Shown: positions 13,101 to 25,270 of the stretch, piece by piece
Layout: each line of letters begins with the position of its first letter
How positions within the stretch are numbered: the first letter of the stretch is position 1
From: Takakia lepidozioides
Lineage: Eukaryota; Plantae; Bryophyta
Length of the DNA stretch: 64,000 nucleotides
Assembly (NCBI GenBank): GCA_030704615.1
Contig: CM060732.1
Location: forward strand, 52,576,001 to 52,640,000
Direction: 5' to 3'
Notes under the pieces: model-generated
Database searches by the model: none
Seen by the model: the letters and a program-made list of their open reading frames with translations, nothing else
Told to the model about the DNA's origin: nothing
Position numbers and translations under genes: made by a program

Positions 13101-13722
13101 GACATTTCCTCTGACCAGATTGTTATCGGCTGTGCACGAGATCTTCTCATACCCCTAGTGCGCTCAAAATCCAGAGTTCGATGCGAGAAATCAATGACTG
13201 CATCTCTTTCCCTCTCAAACGGATTTCAAATGCCCAGCCCACGTGCAGATTCTTCAGGTGACACCAGCATTGGACTCCAGAGATAAGGGAGGTAGCAGAT
13301 GATCAGACATGACTAACCCGCCAGCCCGAAACCCGAGGAGCCCCGAACTCCGGCCAACAACGTTGCCAGGTTCAAGTGTCCGCCAGTATTTCCCAACGGC
13401 GTGCCTACCAAGCTTTTTTCTGCATTTGCAGTCACCTGCTCCCCTTACTGATTTTACCAACAACCATCATGTAATTCGCACCAATCTCAATCACAAATAG
13501 CACTAAAGCCCGCACGACCGATCGCGATCTCGCTCGCAATACGTCTCTTTAAATGCACAGCGACCAGAGAAGAGAGAGAACCTGAAGAAGCGACTTGACC
13601 GTGTCAAGCGGGTAAGAGAGGGCAGCTTCGGAAGCCACCGCTGCAGCCGCCGCTAACCCATGCCTAGCCACCAGCGATGTCCTGTAATCATCTTTCTTGT
13701 ACCGCACTTTCCCCACAGCCAT
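10125..13722 (-). CDS. Mitochondrial substrate carrier family protein (6 exons)
   Basis: PxDxxK-type signatures YPLDTVKS, APFDFLKLRAQ and HTLDTAMTR, plus GLYGG/LWRGL motifs. Exons at about 13722-13582, 13435-13316, 12818-12722, 11361-10892, 10667-10530 and 10325-10125. Confidence 0.88.
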
Positions 13723-14868
13723 CACAGCCCTGAATCCTGATTCAAGAGAAAGGAGGTAGACGAAGGCGAGGACGGAGAATGTTCCTCAAGAACACTCCCC
13801 AAAGTGTCGGCAAATGAAGTTTGCCATCACTTGAGTAGCCAGGCTCCACTGAGGCTGCTGGATGATGGGGTTGCTCTTGTTGGAATGGTGCAGCCAAGCT
13901 ACGGTGTCTGTGGAAGACAGGTATTTCGATCTGAGTCATCCAAGATTAGGTTGAGGCATGAATACAGCGTTCATGCTTGATGATGGGTGAGGGAGAAAAG
14001 GAGTTGAATACTTGAAGGCTTCTGGGGCTGGATTGCAGTGTTGTGTAATGCTGCAGCTTCTCAGAAATCTCACTTCGCCCTGTTTCTCGCAGTGATAGAA
14101 TCAGGAAGCACTGCACAGTACACACTTCCTATTGTTTTAATGCCTGGCAACTCCTTTGCCTCCAACAGGTCTACAATAGATACCATGGTTTCATAGAAAC
14201 CAAACCTTAGATGTCTTAGTTGGTAAATGCTCTCAATTCCAATTTTTACATCAAGAATCCTTGGGTGGATTGAACTGATTTTGCAGAGTCATTGTTTGAG
14301 TGATCTGCTTGGACATGCAGGCCATGCAAAGGTGTTACATTATATGACCTAATTAGTGAGGGAACTTCTGGGGCATGATAAACTGGATATGAAATATGAA
14401 ATGGAGCTGTTCTCCAAACAAGACACTGTCACCTCGCAAACAGACAGCACACATCAGCACACATCGACTTATTCTGAAAGCTCCCATGGATGTGTTGATT
14501 CCTATTGCAACTAAGTAATAGTAAAAATCCATTGCCCTTTCCTTTTGATGCCCTTTAGGGAAAAAAAAATAGTTCTTTCGTTGTATCCTCTCTGCATTTC
14601 ATTGGTCGATCCGCACAGATGGTAGATAATTGTTCAGGATCTTGGACCCCGTATCCAGCTCAGGGAAGACCAGCAGCGACAAAAGATATTCTATATTTTG
14701 CTGCACCCTCGTCTTCCAATGCTCCGCTTGCCCAGACATACGAGCCTTACTCTTTTGGATGGCTAACAACAAACTAAGAACCTGCTAGAGACTAGTCTCT
14801 CAAGAGAGCTGGGAGGAACAACTAGTAGTCAAACACATGGGTTACGAACCACTAGTGGTTTCAAAGGG

Positions 14869-17180
14869 TTAAAACTGGCCACCAGGCGGGAAGAAAAGCG
14901 CAGTATTTTCTGTTATTTTGAACTGTAGATGATGAACTCTCTTCCATGGATTCGTTTTGGAGAGGGCATCTGTCCAATGTACCACCCTTACCTGCCAAAC
15001 AAGATAAGCCACAAGTTATCACAAAGAGTACTACAGGTTCTCACAAGTCATTACAAGCTATTGTAGGGCTATCCAGCTACCAACTAATGAGGTAGGCTTC
15101 AGAAGTCTGTCTGGCACAGTGATAATAGAAACAAAGTTTCTTGTGTTTTCACTTAGATACGACCCCAGAAAGAAGGAACAGACCTCGCCGTGAACATCAG
15201 CTGCAAGCCCTGTGGAGAGTGGGTCGACAGTGATGACCACATCAGCCCTGTGGTCAAGCTCCTTTACCAGAGGAGCTATTGATTCTTCTCCTGTGTCTCT
15301 TTGACCTCTTCTCTGATCAGTGTCCCCTCCAGCATCCACTGTGATAGCTCCCGCCATTCTACTGTCCGTGTCTCCGTGCACAAGCACCACAAGTGTGCAC
15401 TTCTGTGTGGGCCAATAAAAATAATACTCAGTCTCTTTGACCAGTTTGGACAAGGTTGAAGTTATCTACCTCTCTATGTACTTGTTAATCTTTCTCTCCC
15501 ATCTTTGTCTCTCAAATTACTATCCTCTCTCTCTCTCTTTATCTTTGCACCTCTTTGTGTAGCTTATCGCAATCTGTAGATCCGCCACCAGTTCTCTTTC
15601 AATTCCAAGCAGCTGCTACAGTGACAGCCAGTAGTAGAGATCCATGCATGGGACATTTGAGACTGGACTAAGACATTTTCCACACCAAGAGTAATACCAA
15701 GGTAGGAATTCTCCAGCATCAGCATGAAGCTTTCAGCAGAAGTCATATTTACTCCAGCATTGCATCATCAACATCATATGGTACACTAGATGAATGGAAG
15801 AAGTGGACATCATATAGATATTAGAGTGGAATCTGGAACAGAGCCATGGTTATAAAGGCTGATACGAGCTCTCCAAACCCAGAGACCCATAAAGGCTTAT
15901 GGAGAGAGAGTGGAAAGAAAGATACCGACCTGCGGACCTGAATCCATGGCCCTGCAATAGTGCAAGAAAGTAGAGACTTGATCTTGTACACCACCAGTGA
16001 TGACCTCCAAAAGAGAAACGTCATCTATCAATATCACAGTCTTCTCCGGCCTTAAATCATTTGCAAATGGTTTCTTCACAATCTCGTTTACTATCCTGTA
16101 TAAACCAAAGAGAGGATTCTCTTCTAGAGCCCGTCCATTTGCAAACCTCAAATTGGCACCTGCAAGCACACCCATTCCGTGACTGATTCTCTTCCTCTTG
16201 TGGGCACTCACATGGATTCCGCGCTATCGGCTGATTGTTTGGGACATAATGCAGGACGACCTCATTTCTCAAACATGAACGATCACTTTAAAGGCAAAGC
16301 TTATAGACATAAGGTCAAAGTCCGCACAGACAGAAGGGAAAACCAGTGTTGCAACATCATCAAAAAGGGAACGAAAGGTGCATAACTGTGTCGCCCCATC
16401 TATCTGACTGGCAAGGTTTCCCGAAATTCTCAATCCTGACCTCCATATTATATCTTGGCGCCTCCCTAAATGCCTAATTTTTGTCCTTCCTTTAGCCCGT
16501 TTTTCTGTTCTGTCCACGCAGGGTCTAGGGTCAATTTTAAATGCATACACCTCCTCTCCCTCTCCATGTCACGAGAGAGTCAGTTTGGGCACCTGCTGAA
16601 CTCGGCTGTGCTAGTTGAGCCCCCCCAGAAACCATATCCAAAAACACAAGTCGCCCATTTTCACGGCAGGTATTCAAATTGCAGCCCTGCCTTCACCAAC
16701 AGACCACAGAATCGATGAATCCTTTCCATAGAGACGCAGCCACCCTGCATCAGCAATCGGCCATGGTGGAAATTGAACAAAGGAACTTACAGTTTTTTCT
16801 CTGTCTCCCCTAAAGCAAATGTACGATTCCTGTATTCGAACCTAAACCTTAAACCCTGATTCAGCGATATTCATCCTCTAGCCTCTGTCTCTGACCCACA
16901 TTCAACAACCCCTTCCCACCCTCCTCTTCTCGTTCACCTGCTTCTTGGCAATCCGATTGTAGTGCGAAAACGGCTCAGAAAGAGCCAGAAACACAACCCT
17001 TGTGGCACCTTGTTGCTGCCCCCTTGATTTCAAAACATCGGTGCTACTGGCCGGGACTAAAAGCTTCCTCAGAAAATAATGCAGAAGAAATCCCCCCTTT
17101 GCAGCAACACAGTCCTTGATCAAAATGAGTGCCCCAGGGGCCAACTCTTGACCCCTCCAACCTAGGGCCTCATCCAGCAT
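14869..17180 (-). CDS. ELP6: Elongator complex protein 6
   Basis: MLDEALG...LILIKDC...FLLHYFL...VVFLALSEPFSHYNRI, ILIDDVSLLEV, CTLVVLVHGD, RADVVITVDPLSTGLAADVHGE, and last exon HLQFKITEN...FFPPGGQF*. Confidence 0.9.
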
Positions 17181-17847
17181 CCCAGCCAGCAAGCTCCCTG
17201 TCTGGATTCTTAGGGAGAAGTGTGAAGAAGCAAGAAGCAAGCAAGAAAGAAAAACCCTGGCGACCAAGGTTTCTGAATGCGAACATGTCACTGTGTTCCC
17301 AAGAAGCTTGGGAACCAGCATATATAGTTAGGGTCAGTTACGAGCAGCGAATGTGAGGGCGCCACGTCGTGAAGAGTGCGTCGGGTGCTTGTCTTCCTCA
17401 TCAGTTTTCTGGTGGCCATCTCGCCCGCTATCCGTTAGGGTATCTCACATGCCTGCAGGGTTTTGTGTTTTGTGACACATTTTTCTTCTGATTGTGTAGG
17501 TTCTGCAGGCTTAGTGACGTGCAATTTCGTTTTCTGTTTCTTTGATTGTAACTTATTTGGCAACACCTTGATTGTGCGTGTCCTTGAGGTACTGGCTGCC
17601 AGCATCGATTTGTAGGCTGGTCTCCCGATCTTGTGGTTTATTTAGATCCTGATATACAGGACTAGTGCAGTTGTGCAGTTGTGATTCCGTCCCCTCCCCC
17701 ACACCAACGCTTGCTACGTTCTCTCATTGACAGTGCTGGTCTCATTGTATTTGTGACACTGTTCTGTGCGCCTGTCTGCTTGGCCTGCCTTCTGGTGGCA
17801 TTTTTCTTGATCCGTTGGCCTGTCCGAGAGAGACAGAGTTTGTACAA

Positions 17848-20800
17848 ATGCGGACACGTAAAGTTGCAAGGAGAGGCGGGAGAGGACGTGGACGAACAGC
17901 AAGTGCTCCCCTACAGACGGAGGTTGTAAACCGTGAACCAGAGGTAGAAGCTTCATCGTCTGAACAAGTAAGCGGCTCTCCTCTTTCTCTGCCAGTGAAG
18001 GTTGAGCCAGATTCTGAGCCAGCTTTGGTCGATTCTCAGGCACCGATACCGGCTGTAGATGTGAAACCTGACGTCGAGGTTATTGTGAAGACAGTGGAGG
18101 TGACCAACGTCGAAGTGGATGTGAAGACTGAACCGTTAGCTGCAGATGCTGGCGAGGTCATTGTTGAGTCAGTGGAAGTGGAGACGGTTGTTACTTCCTT
18201 GGAGTTGAAATTTGAACCTAAACCCTCGGATGCTGATCTTGTCCCTAGTAACGGTCAACCTGTTACCCTGCCAGATGATTCACCGATCGGGCCACGAAGC
18301 GATATTGCGCCCATAGCTGAGGATACAGAAGCTGTAAGCAATGGTTTGGAAGGACAAGTTTTTGATCTTAATGCTTCTGCCGACGTTGACGATGCCTCTC
18401 TTGTAATTAAGCAAGAAGGGTCTCCGGAGATGGGGAATGCAGAAGGAAAAACCGCTCTATCTATGGAGGCAGAACCTGCGACGGTGTCTCCGGAGCCGGT
18501 GGTAGAAACCGCACAATCTACGGAGGCAGAATCTGCAGTAGTGTCTCTTGACCCGGTAGTAGAGAGTCAATTGGTTGGAGGCCAAGAACTCGAGGCTGCT
18601 GCTGTTGAAATTAATATCGAAGCTGGAAAAGTCGATGCAGTTGAGGAGAAGGGTGAGGGAGTGCAGGCTATTGCTGTTGAGAACAAATGCGAGGCTAATG
18701 AAGTCGAGATGATGGATGCAGAAGTTGAGAATCCAACTTCTAAGACAGAAGAGGTTGTGGAACTTGCTGATAAGGAAGCCATAGGTGAGGGCGAGGAAGT
18801 CACAGGTGAACACTTTCTTCCACCTGAAGTGCTAGTAAACTCTTACCACCTAATAATGCATTGTTTTGTGGTTTACCCTTATTGCCTATTGGGCACCATG
18901 TGCCTCTTTGAAGGATCCTGTGAGCAGATAAGAGGTCTTGTGCACTGATTACGCCCCTGGAAATGACAGCAGGAGAAAAAAATGCGGAGGATAAGGAGGA
19001 TAAAGATGGTGACGTGGATGATATGGGAAAGGATATTAGTGGCGAGGGTGGTGAATACGATGCAGAGGCACAAGATTCTTTGCCAATTTCGGAGAGGCGG
19101 AAGCATAAAAGGCTTGAGGTGTTTGTAGGAGGACTAGACAAGGATACAACAGAGGAAGATTTGAAGTCGCTGTTTCAGCATGTTGGGGAAGTTGTGGAGG
19201 TGCGGCTGATGCGAAACCCACAGACCGGCAAGAATAAAGGTTATGCATTCATTCGCTATGCTACCACAGCTATGGCCAAGCGTGCTGCTGAAGAACTGGA
19301 GCATGTAGAGGTTGGTTGCCATGCTTGCTACATTTTCAACCCTTATGTTCGTTGAATGAATTGCTAGAAGTTTTTTCGTTGTTCTTTAGTTTGTCTCTGC
19401 AAAACTGTCGCAATCAAGAACTTCAACTTACCTCCTGAGGCTTCTTTGTGGTGTTGGGTTTCTGTTAGAATTATCTTGACGTTTTCTTGTGTGCAGACCT
19501 GAATATGTTCTAGTCAGCTGTGAGAATGATAGGAATTTTTTGGGTTGGAGAGATTGTCAGGTCTTATTTTCAAACACTCTAAACGGTTAAGATCTTTGCA
19601 TTTGCCAAATTTGGTCCATGTAGTAATGATTTCTGTGGCCAATTGTCTGGCAAACCAGCTCAGGGTCTACGCAAGATTTAGCCATAATATGTTATTAGCA
19701 CAGAAGTGGGAGGTCTTGTTTCAAGACAATTTGCAGCATTGCATGGTCTTTGGTGGTTTGTCACTTCATTAAATCAAGAGAGTGTGTTGCTGGCATTTTA
19801 AAAGATACGTGGGCGACCTTGTGGTGTTCTTCCGAGTGAGGAGAATGACACTTTATTTCTTGGCAATATCAGCAAGTCTTGGAAGAAGGAGCTGGTGAGT
19901 TCTTATTTGTTGCTTATTTGTCTCGTCCATTTGGGAGTTTGAAGTGAAACTTGTTTTACTGTTTAGAGTCCATTTCGGTCATTTTTAGGCAAAGAGGTCT
20001 TCCAGGGCTACATGGAAAGTGCCAAAGCTAGCATCCAATGTGCTGTAAGTTGCCCAGCGTTCAGCCGGTTTGCACTAACTTCCAGGACTTCTGGTGCAAT
20101 ATCTGCTGCCTTGACCATAAAAACCATGTCTCATTGAGCCTTCTAGTCATAGTTTTCTCCACAATTTGTCCTGTCCACCTACTACACACTGTTGGATGGG
20201 ACAGGTCTTGGAGACATTGAGAGGATTTGGTATTGATAATGTGGAGGAGTTAACATTGATGGAAGATCCACAACTTGAGGGAATCAACCGTGGTTTCGCT
20301 TTCATTGAATTTAATACACACAAGGAAGCATTGAAGGCTTTTCGGCGCCTTCAGCAGGCGGACGCCATTTTTGGTACCGATCGGTCTGCAAAGGTTGCTT
20401 GGGCCCAACCTTTAAATGAACCGGATGAGGATACCATGTCACAGGTATGTGATTTTCTGATGTGTTAGGTCTCTATGTAGTTTGGTATTGTCAAGACTTT
20501 CAACTGAAGGTTGCTTCAGAGTTTTCTCTGCTGTCAAGTACTAATTTTTTACTGGGAATGTCAAATGTCATACAGAAGAGAAGCCGCGCACAATGTCATT
20601 GTGTGTCTCAGGACATTTTGTGCTACATGGCATGATTGTTGGTATTCAATATTGGTGATTGCCCTTCATTGAAGGTGTCTGAAGATACAGCACTTGTTAT
20701 AATTGGGTGGGCACCTTGTGGTGGATTCATTGTCAATGTAAAAATAGTTATACTTGTTTTTTGTTTGTGCGGGTAAGCAATATCTTAGAAATTAATCAGA

Positions 20801-23800
20801 CGTTATCGGTGCAGGTGAAGTCGGTTTTTGTGGATGGGATGCCCCCTACATGGGATGAAGAAAAGGTGAAGGAGCATTTTGGCAAGTTTGGTGAGATAGA
20901 ACGGATCGTGTTGGCCCGTAACATGTCATCTGCCAAACGGAAGGACTTCGGGTTCGTTAACTATGTGGAGCGCGAAGCTGCAATGGCATGCATTGAATCT
21001 GTGAATAACACAGAAATCGTCGATGGAGACATTAAGGTCAGTGGAAGCACGATAATGTCTCTATTACGTCTCTGTTATGTTTTTGCGTAATGGTGAGTTT
21101 ATTTGTTTGGGCAATGAGCAGCCATAGAAAACTCGTACGTGAATCACGATATGGTTCGGATAGGGGCTAGCTGTAGCATCTGTGGAGGATGTGCTCTTCT
21201 ATTCTGTGGAATCAGTAGTGCAAGTACATGTCCTGTAGTCTAATGGTCAATGGTTGGCAAGAATGTGTGTGATGTACTATGACTTCCGAAATGATGTACA
21301 TGGCAAGAATCACCGAGTGTATTCTTGTATACAGAATCTGTACTCTAAAGATAGGGGATTTTTTTCTCAATGTTGTGTTATATTCATGCAGATGAAGGTG
21401 AAGGTGATGTTGGCCAAGCCACAGGTAAAGAGCAAACCTGCTAAAGGTGGGGTGCGGGGAGGATATCCCCTTGGTTTTAGGGGTGATCATCGTGTGGGAT
21501 CATCTCCAGGTCGGCCTGGAAGAGGTGGAGGTGGAGGTGGAAGTGGGCCTTATGATGGTAAGTATCTGCCAACTCTCTGGTAGGTGCAAGAGCCCATTAA
21601 GATCAAGGAAGTACTGCTTTTGCAGCGTATGACACACAGGTTGCTTACTGATTTCTTGTAATTGCGAAATTTTCATTCATAGGATTTGCAAAGGATTGGC
21701 ATATTATTTCTTTCAATCACCTGGATCACTTCTTAGAAGATACTGATGTATTGGCAATTGTTGGTCTTACTCTCAGCAGCCGTCTGGGGTGGGGGAGCTC
21801 GCTTTGACAACTATGGAAGGTTTGGCGGTCCACGTGAAAGAGGAATTGGAGGTGGTGCTGGGGCTGGGATGAGAGCAGACAGGAGGAATCGGCGGGGTGG
21901 AAAACGAAATTTTGATGATGTTGATTCAAGCTATCAGATGCTACGGGTCATGCGGGACCAAGCAACAGAGGATGAGCTCCCATCAGCTGTTGGATCAGAA
22001 GAAATTTCCCCACGTCCTTCAGACACACCTGAGCTGGTGCCAATGGTGACTGAGGGGGACACCGAAAACACTGCCACTGGTGAGTCAGGAGCAGACCAGA
22101 CAATTCCAATAGTCGGTGAGATAGTGACAAAACCCACTCTGGACAAATTTGAGTGCACAATGTGTGGGTTTGGGTCGGATGTTGAAGAAGAGTATGATGC
22201 CCATGTGAAAACCCGAGTCCACAAGGTCATTGAGGGGCTACGAAGGGACCAGAAGTTACACAACAAGACTCCTCTTTCTCTGTTGCATGAATATGCTTCC
22301 CGTAATCACTGTGAGGTTAACTATGAGACCAAATCAGAAACCAACGGTCCATTTGAGGTTGTTGCAACTATCGGAGGTGCGGCAGGGGGTGCCTCTGGAC
22401 CACCTACAAAGGGATTTGGTGCAGGACGGAATAAGGCTAGAGCTAAGCAAATGGCAGCTGCTGATGCACTCGAGAAAATAATGGAGAAAGTGCCAGAGTC
22501 GGAATTCACAAAACCAGGCCAGTCCAGACAGCGGTTTGGTGATCGTGATCGCCCTGGGCGGAAAGGTAAGGGTGGAGGAGGAGGGGGTGGGGGAGGATCA
22601 TATCGTTCTTCTCGTGGTCGTGCTGCTGAAGATTGGCGTTCAGTGGCTGAAGCCTACAATACATCCTATGTTGGCATCGGGAACTATGGCCTAGGGTCGG
22701 GGAGAAACAGGCGATATAGTGGAAACGACAATCATAACCTTTACTTTGGTGGCGGTGGGGGTGGGGGTTACCCCAGCAACCCGAATACGATACCTCTGAG
22801 TGGGTACAACTCTGAGTTTGTTCCGCGCGGGGGAGGTGGCCGAGGTGGGTACGGGGATAGGCATGGTGGGCGGGGTGGGGGAGGAGGATATGCAGGGGGA
22901 TTCCGAGGTGCCCACGGTCGAGGAAGTCTACCCAGCCAGTCAGAAACGTATGCTGAGCGCTATGAGAGACTCCAAGGTGGACGGGGATATGGTGGTGGTT
23001 ATGGGGGCCGGGATCATATGGGAGGTGGAGGTGGTGGATATGGAGGCCGGGACCTTATTGGAGGGGGTGGTGGCTATGTTGGCCGTGACCTTCCACCTGT
23101 CACTCTGGGGTATGGGGGCCGTGATGGGCCAGCACAAGGAGGATATGGCGGTCCCATCCGGGAATACGGGGAGGCTCCAGGATTGAAGCGTCCGTACGCT
23201 GCCATGGTACTTACTCTCTCTCTGTCTCTCGCTCAATTACAAGTTGTGTTGGCCCCAGAAATGGCTGCTGATGAGGATGCTCACAGTTAAAGCACTGCAG
23301 TTGCCATCCTATACCATTTGGACATGGTCTTGGGCTGTGTTTGGCAAGTTATTTTGTTCTGTTAGGCTGATGTTTATAATCAAATTTTATGGTGTTTCTG
23401 ACAATCTGTGAGAGTTGTCCTGTCAATCTGGTACTTGGATTGTTTGCTGCATTTTTCCCGGAGGGCTTTCTGGAATGGAATTGTATGATTTTGAACACTC
23501 TCACTGAACTAATAGTCCTCCATATTTCCCTACTGAATGCCCGAAGTTGTGGTTGGTCTTGCAGGAGGATGAAGCCAGATATCATGAGGCCTCACAAAGA
23601 GGACTTCCTCGTGCTCGCTTAGAAGCTCCTGAGCCTGTCCCTATTGCACCAGTAGGTGGTGCCCAGTACTCCACCCAGTACGCTGGTGCCCAGTATGCAG
23701 AGGCTACCAGGTCTGATTCTTGTCTCTAGAAATACCATCTAGAGGTGCTCGGATGTAGATATTCCATTTTCTCCTTTCAACATGTCCACAGGTGTGCATT

Positions 23801-25270
23801 AAGCAAATGTAAGCTGAGGCTTCCATTTTATTGGTTTCAGAAATTGGCATAACCATTAGGCTGACAGTTTGACATTTTTTGTCTTCTCTGGAAGTAGGGC
23901 TCCTGTTGGGCGCCCCCCACAACAGCAGCAACAGCAGCAGCAGCAACAGTACAATGCCTATGCACAACCACAAGGGGTTGGTGTTAGCCATAGTGTTGGC
24001 CAAACACAGCATGTTGCGTCCCAGCAAGCAGCCATGCCTGGGTCTATGGTTGGAGGACAGGCTCAGGGGGGAACTCCTTACTCAATCTATGATGCAGCAC
24101 CTCAGCAGAGTGTTGGGGTTCCAACTAGTAATACCCTTTGACATAAGCCTTTGAACTTTCAATACTTCCATGTTAATTCCTATATATATGCATATATATA
24201 TCACATATACACATAGATTGAGCTGGAAGGTTTCACCTACTGTCAGGTATATGCACTTAGGTGTAGCTCATCAAAGTGCTTGCCATCTGCCATCTGTCTT
24301 GAGAAAATCAGCTATCCACATCTTTTGGGGGTTATTGTAGTTAGATCACATGGTCTAAGAGAGGTGAAAACCTTCTTATCTCACATGTTAGAGGCATATC
24401 CTTTAGTAATGTGTCACGCAGGGGGTGTACATATGTTGCTTGTTTGCCAACGTTTGGTGGGAGAGGTGAGGGTGGGTATGCGCTACTCATATCTTGTACT
24501 CTGGCTTTATGTACCTGCAGATTCTCTCGGGAATGCTGGGGTGGCTTCGAACCCCACCAGTCATATCTATGGAACAGGCTATAGTACGGGCGCTCACAAC
24601 TATACCACGGGCTATTCTGTTGGCCAAGAGTACATGGGAGCTGCTGCTGCGCCTCAAGAGGTGAGTTGGAACCCCTACAAACGGGGGAAGCAAATTATTT
24701 GTCAAAACAAACATTTTTTTCAATGTGAAGGCTGTCTTGAATATAAGAGAGAGAGCCTTGACATGTTTGTCTTTCTACTTTGAGTAGACTGGAAATTTTA
24801 TGGTCTGTAATTGAGAGGAATCAAGTTTGAGTTTCCCAGCTGTAAAGGCTTGCATCAGACGCTGGACAGGTTATTGAACATTTTTTTGTTATTGAAATCC
24901 TGTTCTGCAATTTTTGATTGGTCAGATTGTTTTGTGCTAATGTTTCAGCAACATCTGTATCTGTATACCTTCTCTTATCTGGTATTAAAGGAAGCCTGTG
25001 AATCTAGACGAGTGCCATTCTGAACTCCTAGGTGGGTAAATTTACCTCTTGTACTAGACTCCTCTCATGTCACCTGGACATCTTTCAGTTGATACTCTTG
25101 CATATCACTTAGATTGATGTTGTCATTCTGTGTGTCAGATGACTGCAGCAACCTCATATGCAACACAATCTGCATATCAAGCACAGTATGGGGTGATGTC
25201 ACAGCAAGCCCCTTCAACAGCTGGTGGATACCCCCTCCCAGGAACTGGCCAGCAGAACACCTATTACTGA
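17848..25270 (+). CDS. hnRNP R/Q-like RNA-binding protein: acidic N-terminus, 3 RRMs, C2H2 finger, dsRBD, RGG/YGG and Q/Y-rich tail (multi-exon)
   Basis: RRMs EVFVGGL...NKGYAFIRY, TLFLGNI...NRGFAFIEF and VKSVFVDGM...RKDFGFVNY. CTMC...HVKTRVH finger. KTPLSLLHEY...GAGRNKARAKQMAAADALEKI dsRBD. Last exon ends QQNTYY*. Confidence 0.88.
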
